Assembly (NCBI GenBank): GCA_963775425.1
Contig: CAVZJB010000002.1
Location: 95,824 to 159,823, forward strand
DNA from: an uncultured delta proteobacterium
Lineage (GTDB): Bacteria; Myxococcota; UBA727; VGSZ01
Length of the DNA: 64,000 nt
Reading direction: 5' to 3'
Shown: positions 53,301 through 64,000 of the stretch, one piece after another
How positions within the stretch are numbered: the first letter of the stretch is position 1
Layout of the letters: the number at the start of each line of letters is the position of its first letter
Notes under the pieces: generated by a model
Databases searched by the model: none
Told to the model about the DNA's origin: nothing
What the model saw: only the letters and a program-made list of their open reading frames with translations
Program-made: the position numbers and the translations under genes

Positions 53301-56300
53301 CAACATCGACGTCGACAACGTCACGCCGGTGCCCACGCCCGTGATCGTGTCGGAGGGCCAGGCCGCCGTGTTCGTCGTGGCCTCCACCGACGAGGCGCCG
53401 CCGGATCGGCAGCCGCCCGGCTTCCTCACCCACTTCGATTGGGGTGACGGCACCAGCGAGGATCAGGGCGGCGCCATCGCCGGCGCCAACGCCGTGAGCC
53501 GCGCGGCGCACATCTTCCCGAACGTCGGCACCTTCGACGTCACCATCACCCAGCACGACAAGGACGGCGGGGCCAGCTTCCCGCAGCACGTGCAGGTCGA
53601 GGTGGTGAACGTCGCCCCCGAGATCACCGACGTGTTCACCACGCTGCCCGTCGCGGAGGGCGCCACCATCAACGGCGTCGCGCTCGTCGACAACCGCGGC
53701 GCGGACCCGCTGCACTTCTCGTTCAACTTCGACTGCGCCAACGCCACGCCCACCGACGCCGACTTCCCGACCGACCCGCGGCCCGTGGACGGCAACGGTG
53801 ACGGCGTCGCGGACGGCTTCGTCCCGAACAGCGCGGTCCTCACCCACGTCTACCCGGACGGCCCGCTCGACACGTTGATGTGCGTGCGCGTCTGCGACGA
53901 CGACGTCGCGCCCAACTCCTGTGACTTCGGCTCCGTCGCCGTCCACGTCGACAACGTCGCGCCCACCATCAGCCTCGCGGCGGTGCCGGCCAACGCCACC
54001 ATCGCCGAGTCGGGGACGGTCGCCATCACGGCCACCGTCGCGGACGCCGCCGGCGCGGCCGACCCGCTCAGCGTGCGCTTCGACTGCAACGACGACGGTG
54101 TGATCGACACCGGTGTCGGCGACGTCGCGGCCGACACCTCCTCGCCGTTCTCCACCACCTGCGCGTACGCCGACAGCGGCACGTTCACGGTGCGGGCCAC
54201 GGTCAGCGACGGCGACGGCGGCAGCGCCGAGCGCACGCTCACCGTGCACGTGAACAACGCGCCGCCCGCGGCGCTGTCGCTCTCGGCCAGCACGGTCTCC
54301 GAGGGCCAGCCCACGGTGTTCAGCGCCACCGCGTCCGACCCGGGCGACGATGCGTTGACCCTGCAGATCGACACCAACGGCGACGGCACCTTCGAGCTGC
54401 AGTCCGCGTTCGCGGCGGGCACCGGCTCGCGCGCGGCGTCGGCGTCGTTCGCGTTCGGCACCAGCGGCGACCGCACCGTCAACGGTCGCGTCTGTGACAA
54501 CGAGGGCGCGTGCACGGCGTACGCCCCGCTCGCGGTCACCGTGAACAACGCCGCGCCCACGCTCGTCACGGCCGCCGCGGCCGCGGTCAGCGAGGGCACG
54601 CCCACGGTGTTCACCGCCAACGGCACGGACCCGGGCAACGACCCGCTCGAGTTCGAATTCGACCTCGACAACAACAGCACCAGCGCGGGCGCCTTCACGG
54701 CCGACCTCTCGAGCACGAGCGGCACGGCCTCGGCCACCCTCGCCGAGGGCGCGCACCCGGTCGCGGTTCGCGTCTGCGACCTCGACCCGGTCACGCCGCT
54801 GTGCTCGGCCATCACGGTCATCACCGCCACCGTCAACAACACGGCGCCGGTCATCCAGTCCGTGAACGTCCCCGCCACGTCGCCTGAGGGCGCGAGCGTC
54901 ACGGCCGCCGTCTCGGCGACGGACGCGGGCAACGACGCGCTCAACTACGTCTTCACGTTCTCGAGCGGCGCCACCAACATCCGCGTCCCCGCGTCGGGCA
55001 ACCAGGCGAGCCCGCTCGCCTCGGCGGTGCTGCCGTTCGACGGCGCGTGGAACGTGTCCGTCGACGTCAACGACGGCGCTGCCACGGTGACCTCGCCGGT
55101 GAACCCGATCACGGTCACCAACGTCGCACCCGTGGTCTCGAGCCTCACCGCCCCCGCGGCGGTGGGCGAGGGCACGGCCACGGTGAACGTCTCCGCCACG
55201 GTGTCCGACGCCGGCGCGGGTGACAACCTCACCGTGACGTTCGACTGCGCCGACGACGGTACCGCCGACTTCACCGACGGCCCCGACACCGGCGCCGGCC
55301 TCGGCACGCTCACGCACAACTGCGCGGCGTCCTTCGGCCAGAGCGGCGTCTTCGTGGTGCGCGTGAGCGTCACCGACGACGGCGGCGCCAGCAGCGATCG
55401 CACGGCGGTGGTCCGCGTGAACAACGTGGCCCCCGCGGCCCTCACGTTCGCGTCGAGCACGGTCGCCGAGGGTCAGCCCACGGTGTTCACGGCCACGGCG
55501 TCGGACGCGGGCAACGACGAGATGACGTTGCAGATCGACGCCAACGGCGACGGCACCTTCGAGCTGTCGTCGGCGTTCGCGGGCGGCACCGGCACCCGCA
55601 CGGCCACCGCGTCGTTCCCGTTCGCCCAGAGCGGCACCCACAACGTCAACGCGCGCGTGTGCGACGCCGAGGGCGCGTGCGCCGCGTACGTCGCCGGCGG
55701 CGGCGTGGACCTCTCGGTGACCGTGAACAACGCGGCGCCCACGCTCACCGCGGCCGCCGCGGCCGACGTGAACGAGGGCTCGCCCACGGTCTTCACCGCC
55801 AACGGCACGGACCCGGGCAACGACGCGCTGCGCTTCGAGTTCGACATCGACAACAACAGCACCAACGCTGCGTCGTTCACGGCGGACCTGACGAGCGCGA
55901 GCGGCACGGCCCAGGCGAACCTCGCCGAGGGCGCGCACTCCGTCGCGGCGCGCGTCTGCGACCTCGACACCGCGCCGTTGTGCTCGGCCATCCAGGTCTT
56001 CACCACCACGGTGAACAACGTCGCGCCGGTCGTCCAGGCCGTGAACCTCCCGGCCAGCGTGGTCGAGGGCTCGAGCGTGACGGTGTCGGTGACCGCCACC
56101 GACGCCGGCAACGACACGCTGCGCTATGCGTTCACGTTCTCCGACGGCACCACCACCATCCGCGTCCCCGACACGGGTGATCAGACGCCGCCGGTCGCTT
56201 CGGCCACGATCCCGTCGAACGGCAACTGGAACCTGGCCATCGAGATCAGCGACGGCACCACCACCATCACCTCGCCCATCAACCCGTTCTTCGTGACCAA

Positions 56301-59300
56301 CGCGGCGCCTCTGGTGACCACGCTGACGGCGCCGTCCTCGATCGACGAGGGGAGCGCCACCGCCAACGTGTCGGCCAGGGTCTCCGATCCGGGCGTCAAC
56401 GATCAGCTCACGGTGGTGTTCGACTGCAACGACGACGGCGCGCCGGACTTCACCGACGGCCCGGCCACGGCGGCGACGTTGGGGCTCCTCACGCACAACT
56501 GCGCGGCGGCGTTCGCGCAGAGCGGCGTGTTCGTCACCCGCGTCACCGTCACCGACGACGACGCGCCCGTCCCGGCGAGCAGCGATCGCACCGCGGTGAT
56601 CCGCGTGAACAACGTCGCGCCCACGCTCGACTCGTTCACCGCCACCACGGTCGACCAGGGCCAGCCCACGGTGTTCACGGCCACGGCCAGCGACGCCGGC
56701 GGCGACGCCCTCACGGTGCAGTTCGACTTCCAGGTCGACGGCGTCTTCGACGCCACCGCGGCGGTCACCGGCGGCACGGCCACCACGAGCTTCGTGCTGC
56801 CGCGTGGCAGCCGCGACGTCGCCGCGCGCGCATGCGACGCGGAGGGCGCCTGCTCGGCCACCCAGCAGACGGGTGTCACCGTGAACAACGTGGCCCCGAC
56901 CGTCACCAAGGTGACGGCCCCGACCACGGCGGTCGCCGGCTCGCCGGTGACGGTGGCGGTCACCGCCACCGACCCCGGCAACGACGCGCTCACGTTCACG
57001 TACGTGTTCAGCCTCGGTGGCGTGGTGAAGGCGACCGTCGCCAACACCGGCCCCGTCGCCACGGCCACGTTCTCGGACGCGGGCAACTACACCGTCGCGG
57101 TCACCGCCAACGATGGCCAGGCCGACAGCGTGCCCAGCGCGAGCTCGTCGGCGTCGTTCGTCGTGACCGACATCAGCGTCACCGCGGTGGCGTTCGCCGA
57201 TCCCAACCCGGTCAACGAGGGCAGCCCGACGGCCATCACCGTGAACATCCCGTCCGGCACCGGTCCGTTCGTGGTGTCCTACGACATCAACGGCGACGGC
57301 GACTTCGACGACGCCGTTGACCAGAAGGACGTGGACTGCGCCGACGACCCCTGCACGGTGAACGCCACGTACCCGAACAACAACCCGGGCAACGCGCCGT
57401 TCCGCGTGCTCGCGCAGGTCACCGACACCGGCAACGGCGGCGCGGTCTCCACGGCGATCACGTCGGTCGAGGTGGACAACGTCGCCCCGACGCTCGACGC
57501 CATCACCGACCAGACCGTCGAGGAGCAGTCCGCGCTCACGGTGACGGCCACGGCCACGGACCCGGGCACCGAGGATGTGCTCGCGTTCTCGCTCGTGACG
57601 TCGCCCGACGGCATGACCATCGACTCCGCCTCCGGGCAGATCGACTGGACGCCGGACTTCAACCAGGCGGGCGACAACCCCGTCACGGTCCGCGTGACCG
57701 ACAGCGACGGCGCCGCCAACGACACGTCGTTCACGGTCACGGTGACCATCATCGACACCAACGCCAACGGCGTCTCCGACACCCAGGAGCGCCTGGTCAA
57801 CGGCGGTGAGCTGCTCTGCACCGACACCGCGTCGTGCGACGCGCTCGCCACCACCGACACGGACGGCGACGGCGTGAACGACCTCGCGGAGCTCGTGGCC
57901 GGGACCGACCCGAACACCAGCGACGCGCCCCAGGCGCCGACGATCATCTCGCCGGACAACGGGGTGAACGTGGGCACCAGCCGCCCGACCCTCACGGTGG
58001 CCAACGCCGTGAGCCCGCGCGGCCTGGCGCTCACCTACACGTTCTGCATCGTCGACACGCGCGTCGGCGGTGATCCGACCTGCACGGATCCGCGCATCGC
58101 CGAGGGACCGTCCACCACGGCGTTCACGGTGGACACCGACCTCGCCGAGGGCGGGCCGTACGAGTGGTTCGCCACCGCCAACGACGGCATCGCCGACGGC
58201 GCGGAGAGCGCGCACGCCACGTTCAACGTCAACGCGATCAACGAGGCGCCGCCGGCGTCGGAGAACCTGTCTCCGGCCGACGCCTCGCACTTCCTGCAGG
58301 GCGTGCCGCCCACGCTGGAAGGCCGCGCTGTCGTCGATCCCGACGGCGACGCCGTGAGCTACACGTTCGAGGTCGCCACCGACGACGCCTTCACGAACAT
58401 CGTGTCGACGTCGGCGGCGCGCTCGGTGCCGTTCTTCACGGTGCCGGACGCGTTGGATCCGGGCACGTACCACTGGCACGTGACCACGTCCGACGGCGTC
58501 CTGAGCGGCGCGGCCAGCACGGCCACCACGTTCGTCATCGACGAGTTCGTCGTGAACACGGCGCCGGGCGAGCCCGGCATCGATTCGCCGAACAACACCG
58601 TGGTGGCGAGCACCAGCGCCACCTTGACCATCACTGCCGCCACCGACCCCGAGGGCGACGCGGTGCAGTACGAGCTCGAGGCCGCCGACAACCCCGCGTT
58701 CGCCAACCCGCAGGCCTCCGGCCCGCAGGACGGCCTCACCTTCGACGTGAGCAACCTGAAGGAGGACAGCACCGTCTTCTGGCGCGCGCGCGCGTTCGAC
58801 GGCGAGCTGTTCTCGGATTGGGTCAACGCGGTGTTCGTGGTGAACGCCGAAAACGGCGCGCCGGCCGGGCTCGCCCTGTTGTCGCCCACCGACGGCGCGC
58901 TCCTCGACACGGCGCCGACCGCGTTCGTGGTGCAAAACGCCATCGACCCCGAGGGCGACCCGCTCACCTACACGTTCACCATCGCCAACGACAAGGAGCT
59001 CGCCGACGTCGTCCTCACGCAGGACGTGGCCGAGGGCAAGGGCACCACGTCGTTCGAGCCGGGCGCCGAGGCGCTCAAGCTCACCGCCGGGAGCACCTAC
59101 TTCTGGAAGGTGAGCGCGAGCGACGGCACCAACAGCGTCGAGGCCACGGGGAGCTTCAAGCTCTTCAAGGACAGCGCTGCGGTGGCCCCGACCGGTGGCT
59201 GCGGCTGTGACATGAACGGCAACAGTGGCGCCACGCCGCTCCTGGCGCTGTTCGGTCTGGTGGCCCTCGGCGGCCTCCGCCGCCGTCGCCGCCGCCGCGA

Positions 59301-59304
59301 CTGA
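50389..59304 (+). CDS. Giant MYXO-CTERM surface protein (~2970 aa) with PKD/Ig/cadherin-like repeats
   Basis: N-terminal IVGC signal and many V.NVAP and WGDG (PKD) repeats. An He_PIG/cadherin-like unit (PDGMTIDSASGQIDWTP) and a DTDGDGVND..E motif follow. It ends GGCGC...LLALFGLVALGGLRRRRRRRD. Confidence 0.9.
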   Translation: MLRFTWLGGVSAAVFTTIVGCAPASLDADAPGTAARATLSATLVVSLDQTSINEGQGDVMHATQVCADAPTDVTATVDWADPDDLTPTAATITPTIALGGACLGDGFIVCDPAAERLGAGGNDDGVCDPGETCMVCDFAKPAGYADNLPADASRTVTVTFQQGAASSVSQGVPLTVHNVAPSIIGTASSGQLAEGVTRTYSSTVNDPGLRADEIESVDYAFTSGGALAPDGDIRHDTGLLLAEQIHCDCASNVCSEEPADLPIPGLVSAHCQIPGAANTDDDVLASLLDDDGNPLNFSVTITDHDGATATDASLNANVVNVPPQNVRIPLLSVSSGTPTVVDEGSLVNLSLTFTEQGSDDLDIAYDVDTLAANAANFSPADITGTAAITKASYPDFDPAGDTTPVLNNGFIDTPGTTQFIDDSAGIRALKTRFDNPTGTTPLDLKVAVRVNDDDLGTNTQNHFVHVVDVNPGCGLTVSTPGPINEGDIVTYTAVATSGAQDPVFDPVNATGFRWSLDTDDITGSPGDGLGFTVVSGCVGTADAAPAASDATATATCVIQYLDADVSRVHGMIATCGDEDSTSNSPERDVAVNNVKPVIDATTTITAGPQNETTLAAADNVTVTASFTDPAGALDGSYTTTVVWGDGTADSTASTAAPGTSIVLGHHYHDNSSCDGGTNGALTNTCSVTVTTCEADTSLCSAPFPLSIVIANVPPTPSVDSSPTLNQLLVEGVPVSLDGSFDDPAADLDEQYAIDWSWNDFGTTRHSTPSPADFVDRATGPDVSGGLLFTQVPAGTTNAVPVTLVVTDNDLGSGSVSRNVSVRDDVPVVSIDSLDFANVRAGVTNRNGIIIADDDELATPTIQVTVSPETLDDLLTRLVIDWGDGTQSTLNAVASGDIPAPDEFNEEGDVITIEKPAPYPDSSEGQPSGHFVITATIIDEEGVVNAAIPGRNPVATQNAVVNNLDPEIVSINNIDVDNVTPVPTPVIVSEGQAAVFVVASTDEAPPDRQPPGFLTHFDWGDGTSEDQGGAIAGANAVSRAAHIFPNVGTFDVTITQHDKDGGASFPQHVQVEVVNVAPEITDVFTTLPVAEGATINGVALVDNRGADPLHFSFNFDCANATPTDADFPTDPRPVDGNGDGVADGFVPNSAVLTHVYPDGPLDTLMCVRVCDDDVAPNSCDFGSVAVHVDNVAPTISLAAVPANATIAESGTVAITATVADAAGAADPLSVRFDCNDDGVIDTGVGDVAADTSSPFSTTCAYADSGTFTVRATVSDGDGGSAERTLTVHVNNAPPAALSLSASTVSEGQPTVFSATASDPGDDALTLQIDTNGDGTFELQSAFAAGTGSRAASASFAFGTSGDRTVNGRVCDNEGACTAYAPLAVTVNNAAPTLVTAAAAAVSEGTPTVFTANGTDPGNDPLEFEFDLDNNSTSAGAFTADLSSTSGTASATLAEGAHPVAVRVCDLDPVTPLCSAITVITATVNNTAPVIQSVNVPATSPEGASVTAAVSATDAGNDALNYVFTFSSGATNIRVPASGNQASPLASAVLPFDGAWNVSVDVNDGAATVTSPVNPITVTNVAPVVSSLTAPAAVGEGTATVNVSATVSDAGAGDNLTVTFDCADDGTADFTDGPDTGAGLGTLTHNCAASFGQSGVFVVRVSVTDDGGASSDRTAVVRVNNVAPAALTFASSTVAEGQPTVFTATASDAGNDEMTLQIDANGDGTFELSSAFAGGTGTRTATASFPFAQSGTHNVNARVCDAEGACAAYVAGGGVDLSVTVNNAAPTLTAAAAADVNEGSPTVFTANGTDPGNDALRFEFDIDNNSTNAASFTADLTSASGTAQANLAEGAHSVAARVCDLDTAPLCSAIQVFTTTVNNVAPVVQAVNLPASVVEGSSVTVSVTATDAGNDTLRYAFTFSDGTTTIRVPDTGDQTPPVASATIPSNGNWNLAIEISDGTTTITSPINPFFVTNAAPLVTTLTAPSSIDEGSATANVSARVSDPGVNDQLTVVFDCNDDGAPDFTDGPATAATLGLLTHNCAAAFAQSGVFVTRVTVTDDDAPVPASSDRTAVIRVNNVAPTLDSFTATTVDQGQPTVFTATASDAGGDALTVQFDFQVDGVFDATAAVTGGTATTSFVLPRGSRDVAARACDAEGACSATQQTGVTVNNVAPTVTKVTAPTTAVAGSPVTVAVTATDPGNDALTFTYVFSLGGVVKATVANTGPVATATFSDAGNYTVAVTANDGQADSVPSASSSASFVVTDISVTAVAFADPNPVNEGSPTAITVNIPSGTGPFVVSYDINGDGDFDDAVDQKDVDCADDPCTVNATYPNNNPGNAPFRVLAQVTDTGNGGAVSTAITSVEVDNVAPTLDAITDQTVEEQSALTVTATATDPGTEDVLAFSLVTSPDGMTIDSASGQIDWTPDFNQAGDNPVTVRVTDSDGAANDTSFTVTVTIIDTNANGVSDTQERLVNGGELLCTDTASCDALATTDTDGDGVNDLAELVAGTDPNTSDAPQAPTIISPDNGVNVGTSRPTLTVANAVSPRGLALTYTFCIVDTRVGGDPTCTDPRIAEGPSTTAFTVDTDLAEGGPYEWFATANDGIADGAESAHATFNVNAINEAPPASENLSPADASHFLQGVPPTLEGRAVVDPDGDAVSYTFEVATDDAFTNIVSTSAARSVPFFTVPDALDPGTYHWHVTTSDGVLSGAASTATTFVIDEFVVNTAPGEPGIDSPNNTVVASTSATLTITAATDPEGDAVQYELEAADNPAFANPQASGPQDGLTFDVSNLKEDSTVFWRARAFDGELFSDWVNAVFVVNAENGAPAGLALLSPTDGALLDTAPTAFVVQNAIDPEGDPLTYTFTIANDKELADVVLTQDVAEGKGTTSFEPGAEALKLTAGSTYFWKVSASDGTNSVEATGSFKLFKDSAAVAPTGGCGCDMNGNSGATPLLALFGLVALGGLRRRRRRRD
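54250..57100 (+). repeat. Internal ~1.2-kb multi-domain duplication in the giant adhesin
   Basis: ~54250-55410 and ~55415-56610 encode near-parallel four-domain blocks (EGQPTVF.ATASD...TLQID.NGDGTFEL...NCAA.F.QSGVFV). A diverged partial third copy follows. Boundaries are approximate. Confidence 0.8.
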
Positions 59305-59471
59305 AACAGGCGTCGTCCGTGAGGCGCGCGCCGTCGACCTTCGGGTCGGCGGCGCGCGTTCTCTTTGTTCGCTTGCGTTCGAAGTCGTCGCCGGCGTGTG
59401 CGACGAACGGGGCCGGCTTCTGGCGTTCGCCCCGGGGACCCGTCGTATAGTCGCGCCACCTGGGAGCTTGC

Positions 59472-61313
<1,842 letters not shown>

Positions 61314-61407
61314 CCCCCCTTCGGAATTTTTCCGGGCGAGACAGAGCGCTCCCGAGGTGGCAGCATCATTTACGTGATGACGAACGATCTCATTCGTGGA
61401 GGCCGCG

Positions 61408-61704
61408 GTGCCCGTTGATCAGCGCGTGAACGCCGGCAAGCTCTGGCCGCTCCTGACCGCTATCGCCAAGTCCAAGGGCACGTCCACGCCGGGCGAGCTC
61501 GGCCCTCGCGTCGGCGTGGTCCAGCGCAGCGTGAACACGTCCCTCGAGCTCATCGCCGAGCAGTGCAAGCGCGCGGGCCTCCCGCCGCTCCCGGTGGTGG
61601 TCAAGGGCAGCCAGGGCGACGACGACGAAGCCTTCCAGCGCGTCTACGAGTTCGACTGGAGCTCCGTGAAGAACCCCTTCGAGCTCTTCCTCTCGACCAA
61701 GTAG
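61408..61704 (+). CDS. Small hypothetical protein (wHTH-like)
   Basis: GGAGG RBS before GTG 61408. Motifs T.GEL...G and C...GLPPLPVVV...VYEFDW. Confidence 0.6.
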   Translation: MPVDQRVNAGKLWPLLTAIAKSKGTSTPGELGPRVGVVQRSVNTSLELIAEQCKRAGLPPLPVVVKGSQGDDDEAFQRVYEFDWSSVKNPFELFLSTK

Positions 61705-62001
61705 CGCTCTCGAGCGAGCCGGGCGCCGCCGTACGGCTCCCGCGTGGGACGACGGCCGGGCCCGAGGGAGCCTGCGCGTGCGGCCCCGTGTGCCGCACGC
61801 GCCGGCGGAACGACCCGCGCCCCCAGCGATCTCGCCGCGATCTCCCCGCCGCGCGCCCGGCGCTCCCGCCCTCCTGGCCCCGCGCCGGGCCGTCGCCGGC
61901 GCCCGCGCCCGGGCGCTCTCGGCCGCGGGCGCGCGCAAGCAGGCCGCGCTGCTCCTCGACCGTTGGCGCCGCTGAGCCCGCCGCCGGCCCCGCGCCGCGA
62001 G

Positions 62002-62385
62002 TCACCCCTCGCGCTCCGCGTCCGCGGCCGCCTCGTCGGCGTCCTCGCGGGCCCGCAACTGCAGGGCATGGAGCAAGCGGTGCAGCGCCGGCGTCAGCAC
62101 GAGGGCGACGACCACGAAGTACGCCGAGCTCCCGGCGACCGCGAACACGCCGAGGAAGGCCTTGGCCGCCGCGGTGTCGAGCGGCGAGCGCGGGCCGTTG
62201 CCGGTGATGACGAGCGCGGCGTCGACGGCGGCGTCGAGCCAGCCGGGGACGCCCACGGCGTGAAAGCCGACGGCGCCGACGAGCACCAGGAGCGCATCGA
62301 GGCAGAGCCCGGCGAGCACGAAGAGGAGCATGCGTCGCACGAACGCGGACCACGACAACAGCGGTGCATCGCGCGGCTCGGACAT
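62002..62385 (-). CDS. Small two-TM membrane protein (ion-channel-like pore segment)
   Basis: Two TM helices flank WLDAAVDAALVITGNGP. C-terminal P.LHRLLH. Confidence 0.65.
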   Translation of the reverse strand: MSEPRDAPLLSWSAFVRRMLLFVLAGLCLDALLVLVGAVGFHAVGVPGWLDAAVDAALVITGNGPRSPLDTAAAKAFLGVFAVAGSSAYFVVVALVLTPALHRLLHALQLRAREDADEAAADAEREG

Positions 62386-62460
62386 GACCTCACACGTCGG
62401 ATCATGACAACGCTCCGGCTTGCGGCGCAGGTCCGGCGGATCCGCCGTCGGCGCAGCCGG

Positions 62461-63144
62461 CTACGGGGTGACGACGACGGTGCCGGACCACACGAGCTCG
62501 ACGCTGCCGTCCACGTAGCAGTCGACCAGGCCGTCGCACGCGCGGGCCGCCGGCTGCGCGAGGGCGTGGACGGTGAGTGTGTGGGGACCAGTCGAGCGCG
62601 CGCCCACGACGAGCACGCCGGCGTCGCCGTCGTCGTACACGGAGACGTCGGGGTCGGCGTCGACGGACGCGAGGGCGAAGTTGTCGAGGCCGCCGGGCGG
62701 CACGAGGTCGAGCGCCTCGCCGGCGCGGATGCGCGCGTCGAACGTGCTGTCGAGGCGCCTGTCGAGCAGGTGCGGGACCTCGATGTGGAGCGCCTCGTCG
62801 CCCTCCTGGATGTCGATGACGGCGTCGCCGGCGTCGCCGCGGTCGAGCGTGGTCGACAACGTGGGATAGATGCACTCCGAGCCCTGGGCCTGGAGGGGCC
62901 CGTCGAGATGAAAGACCGGCGCGGTCTTGTGGGCCTGGTCGATGGCGAGCGTGTGGTCTCCGGCGGTGCCGGCCACGCCGTCGTCGAGGCCGGGGCAGGC
63001 GGCGGCGTCGCCGAGGAGGGTGACCACCAGGCTCCGCCTGGCGCCGTCGCCGTCGACGCCGACCGTGGCCCCGTCGAACGCGCTCAGCGACGGGGCGCAG
63101 GCGGTGGCGGCGACGGCGGCGAGGGCGAGGAGCGAGCGCTTCAT
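62461..63144 (-). CDS. Putative lipoprotein
   Basis: MKRSLLALAAVAATAC lipobox. Confidence 0.7.
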   Translation of the reverse strand: MKRSLLALAAVAATACAPSLSAFDGATVGVDGDGARRSLVVTLLGDAAACPGLDDGVAGTAGDHTLAIDQAHKTAPVFHLDGPLQAQGSECIYPTLSTTLDRGDAGDAVIDIQEGDEALHIEVPHLLDRRLDSTFDARIRAGEALDLVPPGGLDNFALASVDADPDVSVYDDGDAGVLVVGARSTGPHTLTVHALAQPAARACDGLVDCYVDGSVELVWSGTVVVTP

Positions 63145-63201
63145 GCCGCTCCGTTCAGCATCGCCTGTGCCACACACGCGGATCACACCGCCGCCCTGGG
63201 C

Positions 63202-63528
63202 TCACCCGACGGCGACGAGCTCGACGTCGAAGATCAACGTGGCGCCGGGCGGGATGGCGCCGGGGAAGCCGCGGTCGCCGTAGCCGAGCTCCGGCGGGAT
63301 GGTGAGCTTGCGCTTGCCGCCGACCTTCATGCCGACCACGCCCTGGTCCCAGCCCTTGATGACCATCCCCTTGCCGAGCGTGAAACCGAAGGGCGTGCCT
63401 CGATCGACGGAGGAGTCGAACTTCTTTCCGTCCGTCAGCCAGCCCGTGTAGTGCACCTTCACCGCCTGGCCGGTCTTGGCTTCGTCGCCGTCGCCGACCT
63501 TGATGTCCTGAACCGCGAGCTCCGCCAT
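63202..63528 (-). CDS. FKBP-type peptidyl-prolyl cis-trans isomerase
   Basis: [44 protein letters not shown] and [13 protein letters not shown], with a GAGGAGG RBS. Confidence 0.96.
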   Translation of the reverse strand: MAELAVQDIKVGDGDEAKTGQAVKVHYTGWLTDGKKFDSSVDRGTPFGFTLGKGMVIKGWDQGVVGMKVGGKRKLTIPPELGYGDRGFPGAIPPGATLIFDVELVAVG

Positions 63529-64000
63529 CTCCGCCTCCTCGTTGGGGGCGTAGGGTCGCGCGTGAGCTGCCCCCGCCGCAACCTCGATGTCGAACGAGCC
63601 GTCGGCGGGGGATGCCTTGCGGCCTTCGGGCCTGCGCCGCTCCCCGGCCGTCGACGCGACCCAGCCAGACAGCGGCGGCCAGGCCCTCGGCGCGCAAGAC
63701 ATCCCACCGCCTCCTCTCGGCGGCAGGGACGAGGTGACTTCACGGTCGACGGCACGGCTCCCGGCTCCGGGCCTTCTCGGTGAACGCCGCCGCTCCCCGA
63801 CCGCGACGTCACCCTCGCCGCAACAGCGGCGTCGTCACCTACGATCGGCCCTCCGCCGTCCGCCTCTGCTCCGTCACTCCGGCCAGAGGCGCCGGCTGTC
63901 GCCGCCCGTGGAGAAGGCATGCTCGAGGCGGGCATGAGGAACTGCGCGCCCGCCGCTGGGAGACGGCAGGGCCGCAAGTCGTTCAGTCTTGCTGGCGTCG

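Noticed and set aside
61705-62001. Very GC-rich intergenic stretch as a possible ncRNA or small gene
   Set aside because: No recognisable RNA family motif or credible ORF. Pairing potential is expected at this GC content.
62420-62460. CAGGTCCGG…GCAGCC resembling the SRP RNA (ffs) core
   Set aside because: It lacks the GGAA tetraloop/AGGAAGCAGC spacing and the long closing stem, and it sits in a short intergenic gap.
63530-64000. ORFs 63587-63937 (+) and 63459-63977 (-)
   Set aside because: No recognisable motifs, atypical composition and no clear RBS. Left unannotated.

Overview
This is a high-GC bacterial chromosomal segment, almost certainly from Myxococcota. The lineage markers are a MYXO-CTERM sorting signal, myxobacterial Cys-rich DGDGC repeats, (GE)n-linker exported proteins, MshEN proteins and PilT. 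About 44 genes can be supported. Housekeeping genes (tolR-tolA-tolB, dnaX, rpmB, a 7Fe ferredoxin, an RRM protein, a Cys/Met PLP lyase, FKBP) are interspersed with many exported or surface proteins. I found no rRNA, tRNA, CRISPR array or transposase. The most notable items are: (1) a 366-aa protein with two embedded microviridin/graspetide-type TxKYPSDxED cores and no ATP-grasp gene nearby; (2) a tightly linked set of Ser/Thr kinase, atypical class III cyclase, HEAT-like protein and GYP-less HD-GYP genes, facing an MshEN receptor gene; (3) a ~2970-aa MYXO-CTERM adhesin paired with a TraB-like barrel/TSP3/OmpA protein; (4) a lipoprotein whose C-terminal domain resembles a sponge-expanded fibrinogen-related family; (5) signal-less CYTH-like and caspase-like proteins with low-complexity N-termini; (6) GTAG/GTGG REP-like palindromes; and (7) a +1 frameshift in a large membrane-protein gene. 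All assignments come from reading motifs by eye. No database searches were run.
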